From Heterodontus francisci (taxonomy: Eukaryota), in NCBI RefSeq assembly GCF_036365525.1, contig NC_090383.1:120344531-120408530 (forward strand): a stretch of DNA of 64,000 bases. Reading direction: 5' to 3'. How positions within the stretch are numbered: position 1 is the stretch's first letter; each line of letters opens with the position of its first letter. Position numbers and translations under genes: made by a program. The notes under the pieces are model-generated. The model did no database searches. It saw only the letters and a list, made by a program, of their open reading frames with translations, and was not told where the DNA came from. Shown here piece after piece: positions 41,001 through 54,369 of the stretch.

Positions 41001-43173
41001 CTTCACTGAGCGGGTGTGCCCTGATTAACCCGACAGGTTTTCCCTTTAGTTTCCAGCAGTCAGCTTTTAAATGCCCTGCTTTATTACAATGGAAGCACAC
41101 AGGTCTCCGGGTCTCACTCTTGCTCACAGTACCTTCCTTTTTGGCTAGAGGAGGGCCCCCATGTCTCCTGCTTTCCTTTCTCTCCCAGGACTGGTTGGTC
41201 TCCTATCATCTTCTCATACTTTGTCCTTTTCGGATTTGTGGGGGTGACTAGGAAAGGTTCTCCCCGGGAAACCGACTTATAAATGAAAGGAAACACATTG
41301 GCCAGAACGGCCGCTTGCCGGGCTCTCTGGACCCACTGCTCCTCTACATGGGTCTTTATGGAGAGTGGGAGAGAGTTTAAATTCTGCTAACAGAATTACT
41401 TCTCTGAGATTCTTGTAGCTGAGCTGTACTTCAAGACTCCTCAGCCACTGGTCTAAAGCCAGCTGCTTACTTCTTTCAAACTCCAGATAAGTTTGATCAG
41501 CTTGCTTCTTAGCGGTTCTAAACTTTGACGATAGGCTTCGGGTACTAAGTCATATGCCCCGACGATAGCATTTTTGGTCAGCTCATAATTTGATGAACTC
41601 TCATCTGACAGCAGGGAATAAATCTTATGGGATTTTCCATGTAGTAAAAGAGACCAGATCTCAGCTGGCCATTTTAGCTGCCTTGCCAGTTTCTCAAAGG
41701 ACACAAAAATTATTCTACATCCTCCTCATTGAATTTTGGAATTAGTGGAGCTAGTTTTAACAATCTTGTACCCAGCCCTGAATTATGTTCCTCCATATTG
41801 GCTATGCTTTCACTGGAGTTACTCTGTCACCCTCTAGTTAACTCAAGTCGTTTCAACTCTCTCTCTTCGCATTCCTTCCAGAATATTCTTTCCCTCTCCC
41901 TCTCCTCAAATTCAAGTTTCCTCTGTTCTAATTGTATCTTTGCTAACAATACACTGTCGGAGTCTGCTTCTAACCCTGTTTCTGTTTCTTCAGATTCCAG
42001 GGAAAAATGGTTGGCCACTAGCCTTAGGAGTTCAGACTTCCTACCCTTGCCATATACAGTGATCCCACACTGCTCAGCCATTTTCCTCAACTCCTCCATA
42101 GACAGTGCTTTTAACTTATCCCAAGTTACTTCACCCTGACTGGACAGTAGGGGTTTTCATCCGGGATTCCTTCAGTTGCAGACATGTTAGTATTCAATCA
42201 CACACAGCCACAAGAAAACCTGTATTGAAATCTTGCTCTTTTTTGATTGGGAACAATTTGGCTTCCCACTTCCAATTTCTTTTGTTTGTCTGTGGGTAAA
42301 ATCCAGGACGGTAGCACCCAAATTTCTGTGACAACCAGGTGAGAAAGGGGTCTTGGGTTCCCTCTCAGCCTTCACCTGGTCTTACAGTAACAGGGTTTAA
42401 TTTTAAACACACCGTGTGTTTAGCTCCCCCCTTGGTGAATCCTTGTTCACCGCTTTCCAATTATAAGGCAAAGAAACCAGCGCGACCATGCTTTCTTCAA
42501 TTTAAGGAAGAAAAGTTGAAATTTATTAAACTTAAACTTAAACTCTAATTTGGTTGATGCCTATGGATACACGCCATGCACCACACTAGCATGCATACGC
42601 AATGCACATGCAAATAGAGACAGAAAAGAGCAGAAGAAAAATAAAGTGGAAAGGTTTGAGGCAATATCTGAAGAGCTTTTGTTACTGTTCTTCAATCTCA
42701 CTGTAGAGTCCTTGATTGTCGGTAGGTCTTGCTTTTTATTGGGCCCCAGTATTCATCTTAAACCTTGTTCGCTGTTGGAGACTTTTCACTCTTCGGGTTC
42801 GTGTGCCTTCAGTGGATTCAGAGGCTTGAGAAAGAGATGGGAGCAGACAGGAGAGAGACCTTCTCAGTCCAGGAGCAAACAGATTTTCTGACTTCCAACT
42901 CTCTGTAGCCATTTCAAAAGAAAACCCTGGAACAGCCAGATAGTCATGTGACCAGCTGGTCTATCCAGTCCTGGCTCTTGTGGATTGTATCCCCCTTAGC
43001 AGGCCCTGAATACGCTTCCTCACCTTCGATGTCTATTAGTATGTCATTGTTTTTTTCCAGGCAGGGCTGATCTGTTTAACAAGTCATTTCCTTTCTCCAA
43101 CAACAGTTAAAAATCAATGTTCATGACAAAATTGATGTGCCTCATTCTTGGCAGGTGGGGGCCTAGCATGACA
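38075..43173 (-). mobile_element. Ty3/Gypsy (Gmr1-like) LTR retrotransposon, internally deleted (gag/SCAN-like, CCHC, protease, integrase N-terminus; no RT)
   Basis: TG...CA LTRs at 38075-39118 and 42327-43173; ATAG TSD at 38071-38074 and 43174-43177; tRNA-Pro-like PBS at 42301-42320; purine tract at 39119-39129; CFHCNKAGHLKADC, LRDTGA, LLLGND, H..H...CRSC motifs. Confidence 0.9.
38841..39049. mobile_element. Penelope-derived foldback insertion in the 3' LTR
   Basis: ~65-bp inverted arms around a hammerhead remnant; 13-bp TSD AGTTAAAAATCAA at 38828-38840 and 39050-39062; empty site in the other LTR at 43105-43117. Confidence 0.9.
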
Positions 43174-44347
43174 ATAGTAGTAAGGTTTATTGGTAAAGTT
43201 TTATTAGCAGTAGTAAGGTTATTAACTAATAAATAAAGGAATGCTCCAACCTCTGCAGTGCACATACTGAGCCATGTGGGAATTCCAGGATGCTTCATAT
43301 ATCCTGGATAACCATATGTGCAGGAAGTGTCGTCAATTGAAACAACTTGAGCTCCGTGTTTCGAAACTTGAGCAGCATTGGTGACACTGCTGTGCATCCA
43401 TGAGGATGAGAGCTTCGTGGATTACATGCTTATGCATGTGGTCACTCCGCACCTTAAGAGTATACAGGGCGAGAGGGAATGGGTGACTGCCAGACAGTCA
43501 AGAAAAACAGGCAGGGAGTGCAGGAGACCCCTGAGTGCATCTCACTCCAACAGGTATTCAATTCTGAATACTGAGGAAGGTGAGGGTTCATCTGCGGAGT
43601 GCAGCCAGAGCCAAGGCCATGGCACCATGGGTGGCTCAGCTGCACAGGGAAGCACAAAGAATACTGGAGGAGCCATAGTGATAGGAGGGTCAATAGTCAG
43701 GGGAACAGACAGGCATTTCTGTGGCCACATACGTGAATCCAGGATGGTGTGTTGTCTCCCAGGTGCCAGGGTCAAGGATGTCATTGAGTGGCTGCAGAGT
43801 ATTCTGAGTGGGGGTTGAACAGCCAGCAGTCGTGCTCCATGTTGGTACCAATGACATAAGTAGAAAGAGGGATGTAGTCCTGCAGAAAGGGTTTACTGAG
43901 CTAGTTAAGAAATTATCAAGCAGGAACGCAAAAGTAGTAATCTCCGGAATACTCCCAGTGCCACGTTCAAGTGTGTATAGAAATAGAAGGATAAGACAGA
44001 TGAATGCATGACTGGAAAGATGGTGCAGGGGAAAGGGCTTTAGATTCCTGGGACATTGGGACCAGCTCAGGCATTGGGACAGACAGGTTGCACCTGAACA
44101 GAGCCAGGACTGAGTTCCTTGCGGGACATTTTGCTAGTGCTGTTGGGGAGGGTTTAAACTAGTTTGGCAGGGGGATGGGGACCTGAGGGTAGACTCAGTT
44201 GGGACAAAATCAGAAATGAAAATGGAAGGCAAAATATTAATGGATGAGTCTGGAAGGCAGAGGAAACAAAGGTTAGAAAATTGAAAAAAAGAGTTTGGCA
44301 GAGCTCAAGTGCTCTATTTCAATGCAAGGAGTATAGCAAATAAAGCA

Positions 44348-44795
44348 AAATAAAAGCAAAATACTGCGGATGCTGGAAATCCGAAATAAAAACAAGAAAT
44401 GCTGGAAATACTCAGCAGGTCTGGCAGCAACTGTAGGGAGAGAAGCAGAGTTTGTTTCAGGTCAGTGACCCTTCTTCAGAACTAGAAAATATTAGAAATG
44501 TGAAAGGTTATAAGCAAGTAAAGCGGGGGTGGGGCAAGAGATAACAAAGAAGAAGGTGTAAATAGGACAAGGTCACAGAATAGCTAACCAGAAGGTCGTG
44601 GAGAAAAGGCAAACAATATGGTAATGGTGTGTTGAAAGAAAAAGCATTAGTACAGATAGGGTGTTAACGGACTGAAAATTGAACAGCCACAAGTACAAAC
44701 ATGAAAAAAGTGAGGGAAAAAAATGAAAAAAAACTCTGCTTCCCTCTCCACAGATGCTGCCAGACCTGCTGAGTATTTCCAGCATTTCTTGTTTT
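44348..44795 (-). mobile_element. Penelope-like 3' fragment with a short inverted arm
   Basis: 16-bp TSD TATAGCAAATAAAGCA at 44332-44347 and 44796-44811; hammerhead remnant CUGAAGA...GAAAC at ~44450-44484. Confidence 0.85.
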
Positions 44796-46849
44796 TATAG
44801 CAAATAAAGCAGATGAGCTGAGGGCACAAATAGACACATGTCAGAAACATGGCTTAAGGAGGGACAGGAATGGCAGCTCAATGTTCCTGGCTACAGGGCT
44901 TTCAAATGCGATAGGGAGGGGGAGAAGAAAGGAGATAGAGTGGCAATTTTGGTCATAGAAACAATTACAACTATGAAGATGGATGATATGTTGGAAGGCT
45001 CATCAAATGAGGCCACATGGATCGAGCTAAGGAACAAAAAAGGGACAATTGCTGCTGGGAGTGTACTATAGACCCCCAAACAGTCAGAGAGAGATAGAAG
45101 AGCAGATATGTAGGCAAATCTCTCAAGTGCAAAAACAATAGGGCAGTAATAGTAGGGGATTTTAACCAATATTAACTGGGATAGTTTTAGTGTGAAAGGA
45201 ATTGAGGGAGCAGAATTCATGAGGTGCATTCAGGAGAACTTATTTTGCCCAGTATGTAGCAAGTCCAACAAGAGAGGGCACAGTTTTAGACTTAGTTTTC
45301 GGAAATGAAGCTGGGCAGGTGGAAGGAGTGGCAGTGGGAGAGCATTTTGGTGATAGTGATCATAATTCAGTCAGTTTTAACATAATTATGGAAAAGGACA
45401 GAGATAGAACAGGAGTTAGAGATCTCAATTGGGGCAAAGCCAATTTTACTAAATTGAGGAGTGATTTAGCGAAAGTGGACTGGAAACAGCTACTTGAAGG
45501 TAAATCAGTGTCGGAGCAGTGGGAGGCATTCAAATGGGAAATTCAACAGGTTCAGAGTAAACATGTTCCCACAAAGAAAAAGGGGAGGACGGCCAAATCT
45601 AGAGCCCCATGGATGTCAAGGAGTTTACAGGGTAAGATAAGGCAGAAAAGGAAAGCTTATGTCCGACACCGAGAACTCAATACTACAGAAAGCTGAGAGA
45701 AGTATAGAAAGTGGAGAGGTGAAATCAAAAGGAAATCAGGAAAGATAAAAGAGGGCATGAAAGAATATTAGCAAGCAAAATCAAGGTGAACCCAAAGATG
45801 TTTTATCAATAAATTAACAATAGAGGATAACTGAGGAAAGACTAGGGCCCATAAAAGACCAAAAAGGTAATCTGTGCAGGAGCAGAAGATGTTGCTGTTG
45901 TTGTTAATGACTACTTTGCATCTGTCCTCACAAAAGAGAGGGACAATGCAGATATTGTAGTTAAGGAAGTGGGGTGCTAAGTATTGGATGTGATAAACAT
46001 AGGGAGAAAGAGGAAGTATTAATGGGATTAGCATCCATGCAAATTGATAAATCACCAGGGTGTTAAAAGAAGCAAGAGAAGAAATAACGAAGGTCTGACC
46101 ATCATTTTCCAGTCCTCACTGGATACAGGTGTGGTGCCGGAGGATTGGAGAACTGCTACTGTTGTACCTCTGTTTAAAAAGGGAGCAAAGGATAAACCGA
46201 ATAATTACAGGCCAGTCAGTCTAACCTCAGTAGTGGGCAAATTTTTGGAATCTATTCAGAGAGACAGGATAAACTGTCACTTGGAAAAGCACAGGTTAAT
46301 CAAGGATAGTCAGCATGGATTTGTTACAGGAAGATCTTGTCTGACCAAACTAATATTTTTTATAAGCCCACTGACTCCCACAGTTATCTTCTTCACACCC
46401 TGTTTCCTATAAGGACACCATCCCATTCTCCCAGTTTCTCCGTCTCTGACGCATCAATTCTGATAATGCAACTTTCCACAACAGCACTTATGACTTGTCT
46501 TCCTTTTTCCTCAACTGAGGATTCCCCTCCCCACTGTGGTTGACAGGGCCCTCAACCATGTCCGACCTATTTCCCGCACTTCTGCCCTCACCCCTTCCCC
46601 TCCCAAAACCGCGACAGGGTTCCCCTTCTCCTCACTTTCCACCCCATCAGCCTTCACAGCCACCATTTCCGCCACCTCCACCGTGATGCCACCACCAAAC
46701 ACATCTTCCCTTCCCCTCCTCTGTCAGCATTCCGAAGGGATCATTTCCTCTGCGACAGCCTGGTCCACTCCTCCATCATTCCTGACACCTCATTCCCTTC
46801 CCACGGCACCTTCCCATACAATTGTAGGAGATGTAACATGTGCCCTTTT

Positions 46850-47205
46850 ACATAGAAACATAGAAAATAGGAGTAGGAGTAGACCATTCGGCCCTTCGAG
46901 CCTGCTCCGCCATTCATTATGATCATGGCTGATCATCCAACTCAGTAACCTGTTCCCGCTTTCGCCGCATCCCCTTTGATCCCTTTAGACCCAAGAGCTA
47001 TATCTAACTCCTTCTTGAAAACATACAATGTTTTGGCCTCAACTGCTTTCTGTGGTCGCGAATTCTACAGGCTCACCACTCTCTGGGTGAAGAAATTTCT
47101 CCTCATCTCAGTCCTGAAAGGTTTACCCCGTATCCTTAGACTATGACCCCTGGTTCTGGACTCCCCCACCATCAGGAACATCCTTCCTGCATTTTCCCTG
47201 TCAAT
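46850..47205 (-). mobile_element. CR1 3' end fragment
   Basis: ACATAGAAACATAGAA tail and CR1 3' UTR hairpin region. Confidence 0.75.
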
Positions 47206-47280
47206 TCCGCAACATCCAAGGCCCCAAACAGTCCTTTCGGGTGAAGCAGCAATTTACTTGAACTTATTTCAATTTAGTAT

Positions 47281-50200
47281 CACAAAGAACAAAGAACAGT
47301 ACAGCACAGGAACAGGCCATTCGGCCCGCCAAGCCTGCGCCGATCTTGATGCCTGCCTAAACTAAAACCTTCTGCACTTCCGGGGTCCGTATCCCTCTAT
47401 TCCCATCCTATTCATGTATTTGTCAAGATGCCTCTTAAATGTCTCTATGGTACCTGCTTCCACCACCTCCCCCAGCAACAAGTTCCAGGCACTCACCACC
47501 CTCTGTGTAAAGAACTTGCCTCGCACATCCCCTCTAAACTTTGCCCCTCTCACCTTAAACCTATGTCCCATAGCAACTGACTCTTCCACCCTGGGAAAAA
47601 GCTTCTGACTATCCACTCTGTCCATGCCGCTTATAACTTTGTAAACCTCTATCATGTCGCCCCTCCACCTCCGTTGTTCCAGTGAAAACAATCCGAGTTT
47701 ATCCAACCTCTCCTCATAGCTAATGCCCTCCAGACCAGGCAACATCCTGGTAAACCTCCTCTGTACCCTCTCCAAAGCCTCCACGTCCTTCTGGTAGTGT
47801 GGCGACCAGAATTGCACGCAATATTCTAAGTGTGGCCTAACGAAAGTTCTGTACAGCTGCAGCATGACTTGCCAATTTTTATACTCTATGCCCCGACCGA
47901 TGAAGGCAAGCATGCCGTATGCCTTCTTGGCTACCTTATCCACCTGAATTGCCACTTTCAGTGACCTGTGGACCTGTACGCCCAGATCTCTCTGCCTGTC
48001 AATACTCCTAAGGGTTCTGCCATTTACTGTATACTTCCCACCTGCATTAGACCTTCCAAAATGCATTACCTCACATTTGTCCGAATTAAACTCCATCTGC
48101 CATTTCTCCGCCCAAGTCTCCAACCAATCTATATCATGCTGTATCCTTTGACAATCCTCATCACTGTCCGCAACTCCACCAACCTTTGTGTCGTCCGCAA
48201 ACTTACTAATCAAACCAGCTACATTTTCCTCCAAATCATTTATATATACTACAAACAGCAAAGGTCCCAGCACTGATCCCTGCGGAACACCACTAGTCAC
48301 ATTCCTCCATTCAAAAAGGAACCTTCCACTGCTACCCTCTGTCTTCTATGACTGAGCCAGTTCTGTATCCATCTTGCCAGCTCCCCTCTGAACCCATGTG
48401 ACTTCACCTTTTGTATCAGTCTGCAATGAGGGACCTTGTCAAAGGCTTTACTGAAGTCCATATAGATAACATCCACTGCCCTTCCTTCATCAATCAACTT
48501 CGTCACTTCCTCAAAAAACTCAATCAAATTAGTGAGACACGACCTCCCCTTCAAAAAACCACGCTGCCTCTCGCTAATAAGTCCATTTGTTTCCAAATGG
48601 GAGTAAATCCTGTCCCGAAGAATCCTCTCTAATAATTTCCCTACCACTGACATAAGGCTCACCGGCCTATAATTTCCTGGATTATCCTTACCACCCTTCT
48701 TAAACAAAGGAACAACATTGGCTATTCTCCAGTCCTCTGGGACCTCACCTGTAGCCAATGAGGATGCAAAGATTTCTGTCAAGGCCCCAGCAATTTCTTC
48801 CCTTGCCTCCCTCAGTATTCTAGGGTAGATCCCATCAGGCCCTGGGGACTTATCTACCTTAATGCTTTGCAAGACACCCAACACCTCCTCCTTTTTGATA
48901 ATGAGATGACTGAGACTATCTACACTCCCTTCCCTAGGCTTATCATCCACCAAGTCCTTCTCCTTGGTGAATACTGATGCAAAGTACTCATTTAGTACCT
49001 TGCCCATTTCCTCTGGCTCCACACATAGATTCCCTTCTCTGTCCTTGAGCGGGCCAACCCTTTCCCTAGTTACCCTCTTGCTCTTTATATACGTATAAAA
49101 AGCCTTGGGATTTTCCTTAATCCTGTTTGCCAATGACTTCTCATGACCCCTTTTAGCCCTCCTGCATCCTTGCTTAAGTTCCTTCCTACTGTCTTTATAT
49201 TCCTCAAGGGATTCGTCTGTTCCTAACCTTCCAGCCCTTACGAATGCTTCCTTTTTCTTTTTGACAAGGCTCACAATATCCCGCGTTATCCAAGGTTCCC
49301 GAAACTTGCCAAACTTATCCTTCTTCCTCACAGGAACATGCTGGTCCTGGATTCTAATCAACTGACGTTTGAAAGACTCCCACATGTCAGATGTTGATTT
49401 ACCCTCAAACAGCCGCCCCCAATCTAAATTCTTCAGTTCCTGCCTAATATTGTTATAATTAGCCTTCCCCCAATTTAGCACCTTCACCCGAGGACTACTC
49501 TTATCCTTATCCACAAGTACCTTAAAACTTATGGAATTATGGTCACTGTTCCCGAAATGCTCCCCTACTGAAACTTCGACCACCTGGCCGGACACATTCC
49601 CCAATACCAGGTCCAGTACGGCCCCATCCCTAGTTGGACTATCTACGTATTGTTTCAAGAAGCCCTCCTGGATGCTCCTCACAAATTCTGCCCCATCCAA
49701 GCCCCTAGCACTAAGTGAGTCCCAGTCAATATAGGGGAAGTTAAAATCACCCACCACTACAACCCTGTTACCTTTACATCTTTCCAAAATCTGTCTGCAT
49801 ATCTGCTCCTCTACCTCCCGCTGGCTATTGGGAGGCCTGTAGAAAACCCCCAACATTGTGACTGCACCCTTCCTATTCCTGAGCTCCACCCATATTGCCT
49901 CGCTGCACGACCCCTCCGAGGTGTCCTCCCGCAGTACAGCTGTGATATTCTCCTTAACCAGTAATGCAACTCCCCCACCCCTTTTACATCCCCCTCTATC
50001 CCGCCTGAAGCTTCTAAATCCCGGAACATTTAGCTGCCAATCCTGTCCTTCCCTCAACCAAGTCTCTGTAATAGCAACAACATCATAGTTCCAAGTACTA
50101 ATCCAAGCTCTAAGTTCATCTGCCCTACTTGTTATACTTCTCGCATTGAAACAAATGCACTTCAGACCACCAGTCCCCGCTGTTCTCCGCAACATCTCCC

Positions 50201-50595
50201 TACCTGCTCTTCCTCTTAGTCTTACTGGCCTTATTTACTAGTTCCCCTTCATTTATTTCACCTGCTGACCTACTGCTCTGGTTCCCACCCCCCTGCCACA
50301 CTAGTTTAAACCCTCCCGAGTGACGCTAGCAAACCTTGCAGCCAGGATATTTGTGCCCCTCCAGCTTAGATGCAACCCGTCCTTCTTGTACAGGTCCCAT
50401 CTGTCCCTGAAGAGATCCCAATGGTCCAGATATCTGAAACCCTCCCTTCTACACCAGCTGTTCAGCCACGTGTTTCGCTGCACTATCTTCCTATTTCTAG
50501 CCTCACTGGCACGTGGCACAGGGAGTAATTTCGAGATTACAACCCTAGAGGTCCTGTCTTTTAACTTTCTACCTAACTCCCTAAACTCCCCCTGC
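47281..50595 (-). mobile_element. 5'-truncated young CR1 LINE (ORF1 end + ORF2 with one frameshift near 48310)
   Basis: ORFs 48297-50195 (APE, RT N-part), 47362-48300 (RT, FADD) and 50301-50595 (esterase DGLHL); ACAAAGA tail. Confidence 0.93.
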
Positions 50596-53189
50596 TGTAT
50601 TCGCACTCACAATGCAGTCGCCTATACACTGGGGAGGCCAAACGCAGATTGGGTGACTGCTTTGCGGAACATCTCCACTCAGTCTGCAAGCATGACCCCG
50701 AGCTTCCAGTCTCTTGCCATTTAAACACCTCACTCCCCTGATCTCATGCTCACATTTGTGTCCTTGGCCTGCTCCCTTGTTCCAGTGAACCCTGCTCGAG
50801 GAACAGCACCTGATCTTTCGGCAATCTACAGACCTGCAGACAGAACACTTAGTTCAATAATTGCAGTATTTTTTAACCATGTGCCTGTTTTTCATGTAGT
50901 CAGAGCTGCTCATTATTCCATTATTAACACTCTCTCTGGACTAATGCTTTGTCTTTCACCACAAGCATTAACAAACTCTTTACCTTTATCCCAGGACAGC
51001 TTTGTTATTTAATGTCTCCTGCCTTCTGCACCAACACACGCCTTCCCTTTTGTTCTCTTCCCCACCAAGCATCACACCCCCCCACCCCAATTCCTTTCAC
51101 TCGCTTAAAACCTAATTCTTTTCTAACCTTTGCTGGTTCTGATGAAAAGGTCACAGACCTGAAACGATCTGCTTCTCTCTCCACAGACGCTGCCAGACCT
51201 GCTGAGTATTTCCAGCACTTTCTGTTTTTATTTCAGATTTCCAGTATCTGCAGTATTTTGTTTTTATCTTGTCTGACCAACTTGATCGAATTTTTTGAAG
51301 AAGTAACAAGGAAGATTGATGTGGTTAGTGCAGTTGATGTGGTCTATATGTATTTTAGCAAGGCTTTTGACAAGGCCCACACGGCAGATTGGTTTTAAAA
51401 AAATCCCACGGGATCCAGGAAAATGCAGCAAGGTGGTTACAAAATTGGCTCAGTGACAGGAAACAAAGGATAATTGTTGACGGGTGTTTTTGCGACTGGA
51501 GGGCTGTTTCCAGTGGTGTTCTGCAGGGCTCAGTACTGGATCCCCTGCTTTTTGTGGTATATATTAACGATTTGGACATAAATGTAGGGGGCATGATCAA
51601 GACATTTGCAGACGACACAAAGATTGGCCATGTGGTAGATAGCGAGGAGGATAGCTGTAGGCTGCAGGAAGATATTGATGGTCTGGTCAGATGGGCAGAA
51701 AAGTGGCAAATAGAATTCAACCTGGAGAAATGTGAGGTGATGCATTTGGGGAGGTCAAACAAGGCAAAGGAATACACGATAAATGGGAAAATACTGAGAA
51801 GTGTAGAGGAAGTGAGGGACCTTGGAGTGAATGTCCACAGATCCCAGAAGGTAGCAGGACAGGTTGATAAGGTGGTTAGGAAGGCATATGGAATCCTTTC
51901 CTTTATTAGCCGAGGTATAGAATACAAGAGCAGGGAGGTTATGCTGGAACTGTATAACTCATTGGTTAGGCCACAACATGAGTAGTGTGTGCAGTTCTGG
52001 TCACCTCATTACAGAAAGGATGAAATTGCACTCGAGAGGGTACAAAGGAGATTTACGGGGATGTTGCCGGGACTGGAAAAATGCAGCTCTGAGGAAAGAT
52101 TGGATAGGCTGGGTTTGTTCTCCTTGGAACAGAGAAGGCTGAGGGGAGATCTGATTGAAATGTACAAAATTGTGAGGGGCCTGGATAGAATGGAGGTGAA
52201 GGGTCTATTTACATTAGCAGAGAGGTCAGTGATTAGGGAGTATAGAGTTAAAATGATTGGTAGAAAGATTAGAGGGGAAATGAGGAGATGTTTTTTCACC
52301 CAGAGGGTCGTGGGGGTCTGGAACTCACTGGCTGAAAGGATAGTTGAGGCAGAAACCCTCAACTCATTCAAAAGGAGTCTGGATATGTACCTCAAGTGCT
52401 GTAACCTGCAGGGCGACGGACCAAATGCAGGAGAGTGGGAATAGACTGGGTGGCTTGTTTTTTGACCGACACAGACACGATGGGCCAAGTGGCCTCGTTC
52501 TGTGCCGTAAACCTTCTGTGAATCTATGATCTCTTATTGTGAAGCAGTGCTACAGTCAGCATGGAATGTATTGTGCTTGTAATTGTATTATGATTGTCCA
52601 GTTGTTTGTACTTTTGTATTAAAAATACAGATGGTATTTTTTTTTTTAAATCTTGCAGTGTTTAGATTGGTTGTGAATCTCTCTGCACCATGTAAAGAAC
52701 ATTTTCTAATTATTTTAACTTAAAATATCTTTAAATGCTGTATGAAATGTACTTAAATGTAATAAAATACATGTGGATTGACCAGTCATCAACAATCACC
52801 AAAAAACTAAGTGAAGCAAAGGTCTGTCAGTGAACCTCGGCAGCATCTCGGACTAAATACTGAGACAAATGTCTTATTGGTCAGTTTCTAGCACAATTAG
52901 CATTTTAGCCACTTTTTATCTCAGTGCATCTTTAAACTTTCTTTGAACATTGTTTTTTAAAAAATCAATATTTTAAATGTAACTCTTATCCAAATTTTTG
53001 CTGCAGAAAAATGTTCAGAAATGTTCCAAAGCATTAAAACCATGTTTCAGAGGACTGAGTTGGAAAAGGGCTGCTTCTACTCAATTTCAATCTGTTAATT
53101 CATTCGTATAACTTCAGGGATAAATCTGGACAGATCTAAGGAACAGTGAAATGATAGCAGAGGAACATTGAAGGAATGGGGACAATTAA

Positions 53190-53645
53190 AGGCATGTCAA
53201 AATTTGCTGAAGATACCAAACTTGAAGATGTGTCAGACAGTGAGGATGATACCAATCAACTGCAACAGGACATCGATGGGCTAGCAGACTGGGCAGACAA
53301 GGGGCAGATGGAATCTGATACAGAGAAGTGTGAAGTGGTACATTTTGACAGAAGGGATAGGGAGAGGCAATATAGACTTAATGGTACAGTTCGAAAGAGT
53401 GTACAGCGGCAGAGGGATCTGGGGGGTGCGTGTGCATCGATCTCTGAAGGTGGCAAAACATATTGAGAGAGTGGTTAGCAAAGCATATGGGATCGTGGTC
53501 TTCATAAATTGGATGGGTACTTGAAAGAAATAAACTTTCAGGGCTACAGGGATAGAGTGGGGGAATGGGACTGATTGGATTGCTCTACAGAGAGCTGACA
53601 TGGACTCGATGGGTTGAATGGCCTCCTCCTGTGCCCTTATGACAC
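53190..53645 (+). mobile_element. Degenerate, internally deleted CR1 fragment
   Basis: SKFAEDTKL...EKCEVVHF, joined directly to a CR1 3' UTR. Confidence 0.7.
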
Positions 53646-54369
53646 TACCTTCCAGTCTTCCACTGGGAAACACATGACTGGCAGCAGTCAATGTTGTGAA
53701 AAAACCATAGCAATCTTCCCACTCCGATCCCAGTTAAATGAACAAAATAAGATCTCAATTTATTTCAGGCAGTTGCTGCATCTGCCTGCAGGTTGGAGAT
53801 GGCAAAAAAGGGTCAAGTTTTGAGTGGATAAGCAACCAGCTTGTTTTTAACTATCCTCTTACCCAGTTTCACTGGGTGGGAAGGATTAAAATTGACTTCA
53901 ATGTGTGAATTTGCCACGTACTGTGTTGTCAAATAATTCTGTAACTATTGCTCTGTTTAGCATTTTGCTTGTTTTTTTTGCTTTCGTTAATTTTTAAATG
54001 AACATAAACTTGATCACTGCTTTAGTTTTTATAAGTGGTCGAGCGTGAAATTTTTCTCCTCCTAATGTCATTGTCAATACACGTGTTCTCTGGTCACTAG
54101 TTGTGCTTGTGGTTAACAGGGTTGCTTGAGAATAAGGGGCACAGGTTTCAGCTCGGAGGAGGTGAGTCTGCTTAGGCAAATCATTGTCTAGCTATTGCAT
54201 GAAAAGTGGAAGTTAGAGAAAGCCTGAACCATAATAAGTGATAATTTCTCTCCTCCAATTTACAGATGCAGCAATACAGTAAATATATCTACAAAAGTGA
54301 GACTTCTGAGAAGTAAAATGATGAAGAAAAATGACAATGCGGCTGATAAAGTAAGGAACGTGTCAAATC

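Larger units (their letters stand above)
46349..51265 (+). mobile_element. Penelope-like element (RT C-terminus, GIY-YIG, hammerhead tail), interrupted by two CR1 pieces
   Basis: IFYKPTDSHSYL RT-thumb motif at 46355; GIY-YIG remnant resumes at 50596; CTGATGA...GAAAC at 51139-51165; 15-bp TSD ATCTTGTCTGACCAA at 46334-46348 and 51266-51280. Confidence 0.85.
43178..52530 (+). mobile_element. Old full-length CR1 LINE, fragmented by nested insertions (5' UTR continues at ~38000-38074)
   Basis: ORF1 remnants 43378-44011, APE 44300-45700, RT 46044-46348 resuming at 51266-52444; TSD-bounded interruptions. Confidence 0.85.
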
